Assembly (NCBI GenBank): GCA_963822445.1
Contig: CAWGHO010000003.1
Location: 160,001 to 224,000, forward strand
Reading direction: 5' to 3'
Origin: an uncultured Acidobacteriota bacterium
GTDB lineage: Bacteria; Acidobacteriota; Thermoanaerobaculia; Gp7-AA8
DNA length: 64,000 bases
The notes beneath the pieces were generated by a model. It saw only the letters and a program-made list of their open reading frames with translations, was not told where the DNA came from and searched no databases. A program made the translations under genes and the position numbers. This document shows, one piece after another, positions 9,990 through 18,590 of the stretch (position 1 is the first letter of the stretch; each line of letters opens with the position of its first letter).

Positions 9990-10001
9990 GGAGATCGAGC
10001 C

Positions 10002-10598
10002 ATGAGAAAACAGACGATCCTCTCCGCTCTCATCACCCTCATCGTCCTCGGCGCGATCGCCGAGCCGGCCTTCGGCTACGTGCTGCTCTCGCCGCGCCGC
10101 CGCTGGGCTTCTACGCCCGTCAGCGTTCGGACTTACTACATCGGCAACAACACCATCGCTGACTCCGACAAAGGCGTGACGGCAGTCGTCGGCGCGATCC
10201 GGGCCTGGGGCATCATCAGCTCCAGCTCCACCACCTCCGCGGCCGTGCGCGGCTCCGCCCCGGCGACGATCATGTTGAACTCGAACGGCGGCCTTTGTTC
10301 CGGCAACTGCCTCGCCGCGACGCTGACCGGCTACTACGTTTCGCAGACCGGCGATGACCGGATCTACGACGCCGACGTCTACACCAACACGGCCATCCAG
10401 TTCTATTCGTCGCGCGAGGCGAGCTGCAGCGCCGAGTACGACATCGACGGCGTCATGGTTCACGAGGTCGGTCACGTGATCGGCATCGGCCACTCCACCG
10501 TCTCCGGCGCGACGATGTATCCCTCGGTCAGCGCGTGCAATTACGGCCCCCGCTCACTGGCCACCGACGACGTCAACGCGAAGAACGACCTGTACTAG
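10002..10598 (+). CDS. Matrixin/M10-like secreted zinc metalloprotease
   Basis: HEVGHVIGIGHS zinc motif, ATMYP Met-turn, signal peptide. Confidence 0.9.
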   Translation: MRKQTILSALITLIVLGAIAEPAFGYVLLSPRRRWASTPVSVRTYYIGNNTIADSDKGVTAVVGAIRAWGIISSSSTTSAAVRGSAPATIMLNSNGGLCSGNCLAATLTGYYVSQTGDDRIYDADVYTNTAIQFYSSREASCSAEYDIDGVMVHEVGHVIGIGHSTVSGATMYPSVSACNYGPRSLATDDVNAKNDLY

Positions 10599-10607
10599 AT
10601 CGGAACG

Positions 10608-11165
10608 ATGACCGGTCCGATCCTCATTACCGCAACGATTTCGACCGGGCCCGACGGCGTTTTCGCCGTCGGGCTCGACTCCGCGGGGGCTGCGTTGCCC
10701 GAGGAGGAGACGTTTCGTTTCGCGCTGCACTATTACGGGCGCGTGTTGTACGAGATGGCTCACACCCAGCGGTCTGTTCGGCGACTGCCTGAATGGACCG
10801 CGCGCATCGCGTCGACGGCTGTCGATCGGGAGACCGATTTCTTCGCCGTGGCCGGCGTGCAGGGAGCGATCGTCACGTCCCTGGCGCGGCCGCTCGCTAC
10901 CGTTCGCGTTGCATTGTGTACCGCCGGTTTGCGCGGGCGCGAAGTGACCGGCGATCTCTCGCCGCTGCGCGGCTCGACTCTCGCGCGCTCGGTCCTCGCC
11001 GTGTTTCAGGCCGTCATCCCCCAGCTATCGGACGACGTCTGTGCGTCGATTCCGTCGGCGCTGGCGAACATGAACGTGTCCTACGAGCTCACCCATCACT
11101 ACGCCGATCCGGAGAGCCATCGCGAGGTGCCGTCGACGGCCTACCTTGCCGCATCCTTCGTCTGA
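10608..11165 (+). CDS. Hypothetical protein
   Basis: Follows the matrixin gene at 9 bp; protein-like composition; no motif recognised. Confidence 0.6.
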   Translation: MTGPILITATISTGPDGVFAVGLDSAGAALPEEETFRFALHYYGRVLYEMAHTQRSVRRLPEWTARIASTAVDRETDFFAVAGVQGAIVTSLARPLATVRVALCTAGLRGREVTGDLSPLRGSTLARSVLAVFQAVIPQLSDDVCASIPSALANMNVSYELTHHYADPESHREVPSTAYLAASFV

Positions 11166-12135
11166 CGAACACGCCCACGACCAAGAGCGGCGCGATCAGC
11201 ACGTCGATCGGGACGTGGGTCGTGTCGTAGTTCGTGATCTCGTACGGCGGCGGGACGACGGGTCGCTGATCGGGATCCGTGATGAAGAAAAGATCGTCGG
11301 TCCCGGGACGCACGGACGACGTGTCTTCGAATGCCGTGAGCCGCTTTCCTTCGTGCTCCTCACTCCAGTACATCTGCCCCGGCCAGGAAGCGTCGGTGCC
11401 GAGAACGCCGCGGACGCGATCGGGACCGAGAAACCAGACGCGCAACGTCCGCGAGCCCATGGACAGCTCGCCTTGCGATGCGGGCTCGCGGTAGGGGAAG
11501 AACGGCCGGTCGGTGGTGAAAGACATCTTCACCGCGGATGTCTGCGCGGGCGCATCCTGGGTCTTGTCGATCTTGAAAGCGGTGAGGATCCAGCGCTGGG
11601 CGACGTACGCATCCAGCCATTCAGTGAGATCGGGCGTGGTCGCGTACCCGTTGGTGGCCAGCCAGTTCGTGAGGGCGCCGGCGTCGGTCGCGTCGAGAAC
11701 CGCCGCTTCGTAACCGGCCACTTTCTGGATGGAGAGCACCTCCACCGGCGGCGCGGCGGTCACTGCGGCGGTCTCGCCTTTGTGCCTTCCGCGCATCGTC
11801 AGGAGGAGGAGCGGCGTGAAATCCGTTTTCTTCACAGTGACGTTCACCGTCTGCCGCGTGGTTCTTCGCTTCATCTGATCGAAGATGCCGTCATCGACAG
11901 ACGCCAGCGTCGGTGCCGTCGGCGTGGGAACGAGAAATCCGAAGTCGCTGGCCTGGCCCTGGAAGGTCGCCCGGCGGATGAAGTGCTGCGTTTTCGTCGA
12001 CGGCTCCCAGATGATCACCGCCGATTCCTCGACCACGGCGATGCGCTCGCCGGGATGCGGCGCCGGCGCGCATGCGAGCGCCTCACGCGAGCACAGCAGG
12101 GCCGCGAGCACGAACCACGCGCTTGTTTTCCGCAT
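11089..12135 (-). CDS. DUF2330-like exported protein with C-terminal TM anchor
   Basis: Signal peptide, DFGFLVPTP, WLATNGY, YVAQRWILTAFK; hydrophobic tail followed by RRR. Confidence 0.75.
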   Translation of the reverse strand: MRKTSAWFVLAALLCSREALACAPAPHPGERIAVVEESAVIIWEPSTKTQHFIRRATFQGQASDFGFLVPTPTAPTLASVDDGIFDQMKRRTTRQTVNVTVKKTDFTPLLLLTMRGRHKGETAAVTAAPPVEVLSIQKVAGYEAAVLDATDAGALTNWLATNGYATTPDLTEWLDAYVAQRWILTAFKIDKTQDAPAQTSAVKMSFTTDRPFFPYREPASQGELSMGSRTLRVWFLGPDRVRGVLGTDASWPGQMYWSEEHEGKRLTAFEDTSSVRPGTDDLFFITDPDQRPVVPPPYEITNYDTTHVPIDVLIAPLLVVGVFVRRRMRQGRPSTAPRDGSPDRRSDG

Positions 12136-12757
12136 GCGCCGATTCTAAAACGACCATCTCCTCGCAGATCGCGTTCGCTTCCTCGCGCTGATGGGTGACA
12201 TAGACCATCGGAATCGGGAACTCGTCGCGAACGCGCACCAGGTACGCGAGCACGCGCGTGCGCAATTCGACGTCCACTCCCGCGAGCGGCTCGTCGAGCA
12301 ACAGCACCTGCGGTTGGCTGAGCAGCGCCCGCGCGAGCGCGACCCGTTTGCGCTCGCCGCCGGACAGGCGCGTCACACCGCGATCGAGAATCGCCGCGAT
12401 CTCCAGCACCTCGATGACATGCGACGCATCAGTCCCCTTGTCTGCTCCATGGAACGCGCCGTAAAACATGTTCCTGCGCACGGACAGATGAGGAAACAGC
12501 GCATCGTCCTGCGGCACATATCCGACCCGCCGTTCGCGCGGCGGAACGGACACGCGGCCGGCATCGAACACGGACCGTCCCATCAGCTCGATCGTTCCCG
12601 CGGAGGGAGTCCGCAATCCGGCGATCGCTTCGAGCAGCGAGGTCTTTCCCGCGCCCGACGGTCCGTACAGCGCTGTCGTGCGCGCGCGCATCTCCACGGA
12701 AACCTCGAGCTGGTGATGAGCGAGCGGCAGGACGAGATCGCGGATGACGATGCTCAA
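12083..12757 (-). CDS. modC: Molybdate ABC transporter ATPase (no TOBE domain)
   Basis: GPSGAGKT, LSGGE, LLLDEP, VTH; TTG start overlapping the modB stop. Confidence 0.85.
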   Translation of the reverse strand: MSIVIRDLVLPLAHHQLEVSVEMRARTTALYGPSGAGKTSLLEAIAGLRTPSAGTIELMGRSVFDAGRVSVPPRERRVGYVPQDDALFPHLSVRRNMFYGAFHGADKGTDASHVIEVLEIAAILDRGVTRLSGGERKRVALARALLSQPQVLLLDEPLAGVDVELRTRVLAYLVRVRDEFPIPMVYVTHQREEANAICEEMVVLESAHAENKRVVRARGPAVLA

Positions 12758-13428
12758 ACCCGCGCCCCTTTCCGCCGAAGAAACGCCTCGGCGATCCAAA
12801 CCGCGGCGAACGCGATGACCACGGAGATGGCGAGGAGGCGATACGCATCGGCGTCGCGGCCGAGCTGCACGAAGTTGTAGATCGCCAGCGAGAGCGTGGT
12901 GGTGCGGCCGGGGATGTTGCCGGCGACGAGGATCGTCGCGCCGAACTCGCCGATCGCCCGCGCGAACGCGAGCAGCATTCCGCTGACGATGCCGCGCGCG
13001 GCCAGCGGCACGGTGATGGTGACGAAAACGCGCGCGTCGCGCGCACCGAGCGTTCGCGCGATCTGCTCGAGCCGCGGATCGACTTCCTCGAACGCGACCC
13101 GCGCCGCACGCACGAGCAGCGGGAACGACATGACCATCATCGCCACCACCACTGCGCGCCAGGTGAAGACGATGTCGAGAGCGAACGTGCGGTGCAGCCA
13201 GCCGCCGAGGGGACCGCGGCGGCCGAGAAGCTCGAGCAGGATCAGGCCGCTCGCAACCGGCGGCATGACCAGCGGCAACGCCACGAAGGTCTCGACCAGC
13301 GATTTGCCGGGCCACGATTTGCGCGCGAGCAGCCAGGCCACGGCCAGCCCCGGCGACACGATGAGCAGCGTTGCCAGCGCGGCCGTGCGCAGGGTCAGTC
13401 CGAGGATCTGCCACTCGCTCGCGGTCAC
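12754..13428 (-). CDS. modB: Molybdate ABC transporter permease
   Basis: LPLVMPP, EQIARTLGA, FARAIGEFGAT motifs. Confidence 0.95.
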   Translation of the reverse strand: MTASEWQILGLTLRTAALATLLIVSPGLAVAWLLARKSWPGKSLVETFVALPLVMPPVASGLILLELLGRRGPLGGWLHRTFALDIVFTWRAVVVAMMVMSFPLLVRAARVAFEEVDPRLEQIARTLGARDARVFVTITVPLAARGIVSGMLLAFARAIGEFGATILVAGNIPGRTTTLSLAIYNFVQLGRDADAYRLLAISVVIAFAAVWIAEAFLRRKGARV

Positions 13429-14108
13429 CGGATCAGGAACCCATGTTTCGCGAAGATGGACAGCGCCTCTTTCGATCGGAGATGCGCGAGAAACCGCCGC
13501 GCGCCGGCCGGATTTTCGGCATCACGCAGCACGGCGAACGGATAAGAGATCGCGGGCCCATCGCCGCGCGGCACTTCGAACGCGAACGCGCCTTTCGCGT
13601 CGGTCTTGTAGACGATCGCCGCTTCGACATTGCCCGACTGCACCGCCGCCAGCGCGGCCCGGACGTTTTCCGTGGGAATGACCCTCGGCGCGATCGCCTC
13701 CCACAGCCCGATCTTCGTCAGGTACTGCTTCGCGTAAATGCCCGCGGGCACGCTCGAGGGCTCGGCGAGTGCGACCTTCTTTCCGACGAGATCGCGCGGC
13801 GACCGGACGTTGGCTCCGACGATCACCAACGTATTCGAAAGGACGCTCACGCGCTCGGTCACTACGACCAGGTCCATCTTCGCTTCATCCGCAGAAAGGA
13901 AAAGATCCGCGGGCGCGCCGCGCTCGATCTGCCGCGCCAGCGTGCTCGATGCGCCGAAGTTGAACACGACTCGTTCGCCGGTCCGCCGTTCGTACGCCGC
14001 ACCGATCTCGGTCAGCGCATCAGTGAGGCTCGCCGCGGCAAGGACCCGCACCTCGGAACCCCGCACGCACGAGGTGAGGAGCAAGAGAGTGAGAAGGTCG
14101 CGCAGCAT
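13425..14108 (-). CDS. modA: Molybdate-binding protein
   Basis: AAASLTDA, FGASSTLARQI, VPAGIYA, NVRAAL, IVYKTDA. Confidence 0.95.
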   Translation of the reverse strand: MLRDLLTLLLLTSCVRGSEVRVLAAASLTDALTEIGAAYERRTGERVVFNFGASSTLARQIERGAPADLFLSADEAKMDLVVVTERVSVLSNTLVIVGANVRSPRDLVGKKVALAEPSSVPAGIYAKQYLTKIGLWEAIAPRVIPTENVRAALAAVQSGNVEAAIVYKTDAKGAFAFEVPRGDGPAISYPFAVLRDAENPAGARRFLAHLRSKEALSIFAKHGFLIR

Positions 14109-14109
14109 G

Positions 14110-14135
14110 CCGATATCTTCGGCGGAGTATATCGG
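14110..14135 (-). promoter_or_regulatory. ModE-like operator overlapping a TATACT -10 box
   Basis: Inverted repeat CCGATAT-N12-ATATCGG immediately upstream of modA, similar to the ModE CGnTATA...TATAnCG box. Confidence 0.6.
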
Positions 14136-14136
14136 A

Positions 14137-14628
14137 TCAGTTGCAACCCGGCCCCTCGGTCACCGATTCGAAGGCGAAGGCAACGCCTGTCGCGGAACGC
14201 GGTACCGCGACCACATGAACGGGACGCGCCACCACCGCGGGACAACTGCAGCTCGGCGGTGATCGCGTCTCTTTCACATCAACCAGCAGCTCGCCGGAAC
14301 CGCGGCGCCGTACATCGTCGACCCGCACGCTTTTGCACGCATCGGGCGTGTCGCCGAGGGCGACGAAGATCAGGATGTTGCGATCGAAGTCGACGGCGGG
14401 GATGGGCGGCTTCGGAGAACGGTTGGAGACGATCTCCGCCCACATCTGCTCCCAGAGGTCCTGGCGTGAGATCAGCTGGGCGCGCCGTTCCCGGACGCCG
14501 GTGATCTGCTCGCGATGCACGGTCACGAACGGGACGATGGTGTCCGGACCGGTGGGGGAGGAATCGGAGCCGCTGTTACAGGATGCGAGGAGGAGAAGCG
14601 CGGTGGCGATCAGGGTTCCGGTGCGCAT
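14137..14628 (-). CDS. Lipoprotein, PrcB C-terminal-like domain
   Basis: Lipobox LASC; PAVDFDRNILIFVALG; C-terminal RPVHVVAVPR. Confidence 0.7.
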   Translation of the reverse strand: MRTGTLIATALLLLASCNSGSDSSPTGPDTIVPFVTVHREQITGVRERRAQLISRQDLWEQMWAEIVSNRSPKPPIPAVDFDRNILIFVALGDTPDACKSVRVDDVRRRGSGELLVDVKETRSPPSCSCPAVVARPVHVVAVPRSATGVAFAFESVTEGPGCN

Positions 14629-14637
14629 GAATGGATG

Positions 14638-14985
14638 TTACGGCAGCTCGTTCTGCATCTGCTCCCACTCGCGCGTGATCGCGCGGTCGGCTTTCCTCTC
14701 CATCCTCCGGTAGAGCTCGAGCACCTTGCGACCGTGTGCTGTGAGGTGCGCGCCGCCTTGCGCCGATCCGCCGCGTTCCTTCTCCACGAGCGGCGAGCGG
14801 AAGGCCGCGTTCATGGTGCGGATCAGCGTCCACGCGCGCATGTACGACATGCCCAATTCTTCGGCGGCGGCGCGAATGGAGCCGCTGCGCGCCACCGCGT
14901 CGAGAAGGTCGGCCTTCCCCGGGCCCATCACGATCGTGCCTTCGGCATCGACGATCCGGATGCGCGGTTTGATCGAGTGCGGCAC
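14638..14985 (-). CDS. modE: ModE-type winged-helix regulator (HTH only)
   Basis: MGPGKADLL, GSIRAAAEELGMSYMRAW, RGG..GGAHLT; GTG start inferred. Confidence 0.85.
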   Translation of the reverse strand: MPHSIKPRIRIVDAEGTIVMGPGKADLLDAVARSGSIRAAAEELGMSYMRAWTLIRTMNAAFRSPLVEKERGGSAQGGAHLTAHGRKVLELYRRMERKADRAITREWEQMQNELP

Positions 14986-15011
14986 GGCGACCGATGATAG
15001 AAGATGTACCG

Positions 15012-15407
15012 ATGCGCCGGGCTTCGATCGTCCTCGCCCTTCTCCTTTCCGCATGCGCGACGGTTCAGCCGTACGTCTCCGTGCCCGTCCTCGCCGACCG
15101 GCTGTTTTGCGGCCTGTCGATTCCGGGCGGCGGCGAGGTGACGGAAGCGGAATGGCGCGCGTTCGTGGCCGAGGAAGTGACGCCGCGATTTCCGGACGGT
15201 CTCAGCATCTGGCGCGCGGAAGGGCAGTGGCGCGGCGCGGACGGCGTGATCGTGCGCGAGCCCACTCTGATCATCGAGATCTTTCACGACCATGACGTAC
15301 GCATCGATCGCAAGATCGTGGAGATCGCCGAAGCGTACAAAACACGTTTCCGGCAGGAGTCGGTGCTGCGTGTGACCATGCCCGCGCGGATGGAATTCAT
15401 CGATTAG
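15012..15407 (+). CDS. DUF3574 family lipoprotein
   Basis: LSAC lipobox; EVTPRFPDGLS, GQWR, YKTRFRQESVL. Confidence 0.85.
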   Translation: MRRASIVLALLLSACATVQPYVSVPVLADRLFCGLSIPGGGEVTEAEWRAFVAEEVTPRFPDGLSIWRAEGQWRGADGVIVREPTLIIEIFHDHDVRIDRKIVEIAEAYKTRFRQESVLRVTMPARMEFID

Positions 15408-15413
15408 AAGCTG

Positions 15414-15512
15414 GCCGGCGGGACGCCGGCGCACCAGCCGGCGAGGACGCCAGCGCTCCAACGAATCGGAGCGCCGCCGGCTCGGCGGCTGGTCCGCCGG
15501 CGTCCCGCCGGC
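15414..15512. repeat. Inverted pair of REP-like elements
   Basis: Two related ~45-bp copies in opposite orientation separated by AACGAATC. Confidence 0.8.
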
Positions 15513-15540
15513 CCACGCACACGCTATCCTGTCCACTCCC

Positions 15541-18099
15541 TTGCGATTAGGCATCAATGATCGAGTCGGGCCGTACGTGGTCCTCGGTCCGCTCGGATCG
15601 GGCGGGATGGGCGAGGTCTATCGCGCGCGAGATGCCCGCCTCGGCCGCGACATCGCCCTGAAGATCCTGCCGACCGACCTCGCCAGCAACCCCGAGGCTT
15701 TGCGGCGGTTCGAGATCGAGGCGCGGGCGGCCTCGGCGCTCAACCATCCCAACATCGTCACCATCTACGAGATCGAGCGCGAAGACTCGATGGCCTGGAT
15801 CGCCATGGAGCTCATCGAAGGCGACGATCTCGCCTCGGTCCTGGACCGCGATCCGATGTCGATCAAGAACGCGCTGCGCATCGCGCTGAAGATCGCCGAC
15901 GGCCTCGCGTCGGCGCACGAGCGTGGAATCGTCCATCGCGATCTGAAGCCCGACAACATCATGATCACGCGCGACGGCTTCGTGAAGATCCTCGACTTCG
16001 GCCTGGCCAAGCAGATCCGCATGCTGTCGTCGAACGACACCACCGTCCCGCACACGTCGCCGGGCGCGGTGTTCGGGACTGTCGGCTACATGGCGCCGGA
16101 GATGGCGGCGGGACGCGAGACCGACTATCGCTCCGACCAGTTCGCGTTCGGCGTGATCCTTTACGAGCTGCTCACGCGGCGGCGCCCGTTCGATCGCGAG
16201 ACCAAGCCGGAGACGATGACCGCGATCATCCGCGAGGATCCGCCGCCGCCTTCCTCGAGCCATCACGAGATCCCCGACGAGCTCGATCGCCTGGTGATGC
16301 GCTGCCTGCAGAAAGAGCCGCGCGCGCGATACGCATCGACGCGCGACCTCGCCCACGATCTTCGCGAGATCCGCGACCGCTTCACCCACGGCTGGACGAC
16401 CGCTCGCAGCGCGAAAGCGTCGACGATGAAGAGACCGCGATCGGGGACGATGGTCGCCGCGGCCCTCATCGCCATCGCCGTGCTGGGCAGCGCGTTCGCG
16501 CTCTGGTACCGGCATCGCGTCCAGACGCGGCAGAGCGTTCAGTCGCTGGCGGTGATGCCGTTCCGCGATCTCTCGGCGAGCGCGGAAGGTCGCATGCTCG
16601 CGGATGGAATTTCTGAGATGGTCGCCGCGCGTCTGGCGGAAGTGCGCGACATCCGCGTGTCGCCGCCATTCGAAGGTGCTCCCGTCGAAGGCGATGACGT
16701 GCCGGCGGTCGCGCGGCGCAAAGGTGTTTCCGCGGTCGTGCGCGGCAGCGTGCAGCGCAGCGGGAATGACGTGCGCGTCACGTACTCGCTAGTCGACGCG
16801 GAAGGCGGGATTCTCGCCAGCGGCAGCGCCACGCGCGCGGCCACGGATCTGTTCGCACTCGAAGATGCGGTGGCTGACGACCTCCTCGGAAAACTCGGAC
16901 GTCAGGCTCCCGCGCGCCGCCAGACCGCGTCGGCGACACTCGGCCCGCAGGATCAGCAGCGCTTCGTCGAAGCGGTCGGGTTGATGCGGCGCATGCAGGA
17001 CGAACAGAGTATCGACCGCGCCATCACGACGCTCGAGAGTGTGCTGCGCAACACACGCGACTCCGCCGCGGTGAATGCCCTGCTCGCGCGAGCGTTGCTC
17101 TACAAGGCTTCGCTGGCGCGGCGGCCGGCGCTGATCGAACAGGCCATGGTGTACGCGACGCGCGGCGCGGCGTTGGAACCGAATGACCCCGAGAGTCACG
17201 TGACCCTCGGCAAGCTTCACAACGCATCGGGCCGCAGCACAGACGCCGTGCGCTCGTTCGAGCGCGCGCTGACCCTCCATCCGGACCGGCCGGAAGCCAT
17301 GGTCGGCCTCGCCGAGGCTTACGAGGCGATGGGGCGGGTCAGCGATGCCGAGGCGATGTATCGGAAGACGATTGCGCTGCGGCCGGATGACGTGGGTGCG
17401 CTGATGTCGTTCGGCGGCTTCTGTTACGCACAGGGACGTCATGAAGAAGCGGCGACACAATTTCGCCGCGCCACCGATCTCCTGCCGAATTTCTCGCAGG
17501 CTTGGGCGAACCTCAGCGGGACGCTGCACGCGCTCGGTCGGTACGACGAGGCACTGGCCGCTTCGAAGAAATCGATCGACATCAAACCGACCGCCGTCGG
17601 ATGGTCGAATCTGGGAACGCTCCAATTCACGCTCGGGCGGTACGACGACGCGCGGCGGTCGTATGAGAAGGCGACACAGCTGGCGTCGTCCGATCCCGTC
17701 TTCTGGATGAATCTTGGCGACGCGCGGCGCGCCTCGAAATCGCCTGATGCGAACGATGCGTATGCGCGCGCGATCGCGGCCTCGCGCGACGCGCTCACGC
17801 TGAATCCGAAAGACGCGCGAACGCGAGCGCGCATCGCCTTGTGTCTTGCCAAGAGCGATCAGGCGGCCGAGGCGCAGGAGGAGATCCGGCGCGCGCTGGA
17901 GATCGATCCGACCAATCCGCAGGTGCTCTACAACGCCGCCATCGTGAGCGCGTTGCGCGGCAACAGCGACGGAGCGATCTCCTGGCTCGAGCGCGCGATC
18001 GCGAATGGATATCCGGCGGTCGAGGCTTCGCGCGATCCGGACCTGACGTCACTGCGGAATCTGCCCTCATTCATAAGTGCCGTAAAATCCGGCTCGTAG
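15541..18099 (+). CDS. Hanks-type Ser/Thr kinase with TM, TolB-N-like domain and TPR repeats
   Basis: GSGGMGEVY, HRDLKPDN, DFGLAK, YMAPE; SLAVMPF; multiple TPRs. Confidence 0.92.
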   Translation: MRLGINDRVGPYVVLGPLGSGGMGEVYRARDARLGRDIALKILPTDLASNPEALRRFEIEARAASALNHPNIVTIYEIEREDSMAWIAMELIEGDDLASVLDRDPMSIKNALRIALKIADGLASAHERGIVHRDLKPDNIMITRDGFVKILDFGLAKQIRMLSSNDTTVPHTSPGAVFGTVGYMAPEMAAGRETDYRSDQFAFGVILYELLTRRRPFDRETKPETMTAIIREDPPPPSSSHHEIPDELDRLVMRCLQKEPRARYASTRDLAHDLREIRDRFTHGWTTARSAKASTMKRPRSGTMVAAALIAIAVLGSAFALWYRHRVQTRQSVQSLAVMPFRDLSASAEGRMLADGISEMVAARLAEVRDIRVSPPFEGAPVEGDDVPAVARRKGVSAVVRGSVQRSGNDVRVTYSLVDAEGGILASGSATRAATDLFALEDAVADDLLGKLGRQAPARRQTASATLGPQDQQRFVEAVGLMRRMQDEQSIDRAITTLESVLRNTRDSAAVNALLARALLYKASLARRPALIEQAMVYATRGAALEPNDPESHVTLGKLHNASGRSTDAVRSFERALTLHPDRPEAMVGLAEAYEAMGRVSDAEAMYRKTIALRPDDVGALMSFGGFCYAQGRHEEAATQFRRATDLLPNFSQAWANLSGTLHALGRYDEALAASKKSIDIKPTAVGWSNLGTLQFTLGRYDDARRSYEKATQLASSDPVFWMNLGDARRASKSPDANDAYARAIAASRDALTLNPKDARTRARIALCLAKSDQAAEAQEEIRRALEIDPTNPQVLYNAAIVSALRGNSDGAISWLERAIANGYPAVEASRDPDLTSLRNLPSFISAVKSGS

Positions 18100-18116
18100 C
18101 TCACAGAGGAGGGTTC

Positions 18117-18590
18117 ATGACCAGGTTGCGCATGCTTCTCGTCATCCTCGCGTCCGCAGGCTTGATCTCCACCTGCGCATCCCCGTCCGGCACGCGCCCG
18201 GCGCCTCATCCCCTCGGGCCATGCGGCGTCGCGGTCGCGCATCCCGATCGGCCCATCATCTGCGTCGATGATTCGTCCGAAGTGCTGCGGGTGAGACCCG
18301 ATCCGGTTCTCTTTCACGACGTCGTTTCCGACAGCAAAGGGATGTCGCCGGGCATCCTCTGGTTCACGCGATCCGGCAGAGGCGATCTCGAGATCCGCTT
18401 CCGCGATCAGGGCTGCGTGCGCGACATCAGGTGCAACGGCAGCAAATGCTTCGGCGCCGCCGCGCGCCTGGACAGCGTGCAGGATCGAAAGGTCTGCAAG
18501 TACGACGTCCTGCTGAGCGGCCATCCAACACTCGATCCGGAGACGGTCATCGTCCGTTGTTGCACGCTGGAGGGGACTGGCGGCGACTAG
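18117..18590 (+). CDS. Cys-rich secreted/lipoprotein, hypothetical
   Basis: GAGGAGG RBS; signal peptide ending ISTC; eight further Cys. Confidence 0.7.
   Translation: MTRLRMLLVILASAGLISTCASPSGTRPAPHPLGPCGVAVAHPDRPIICVDDSSEVLRVRPDPVLFHDVVSDSKGMSPGILWFTRSGRGDLEIRFRDQGCVRDIRCNGSKCFGAAARLDSVQDRKVCKYDVLLSGHPTLDPETVIVRCCTLEGTGGD

Noticed and set aside
11089-11165. Convergent 3' overlaps (also 18547-18590) as regulatory features
   Set aside because: Short stop-codon drift is common in GC-rich genomes; no further evidence.
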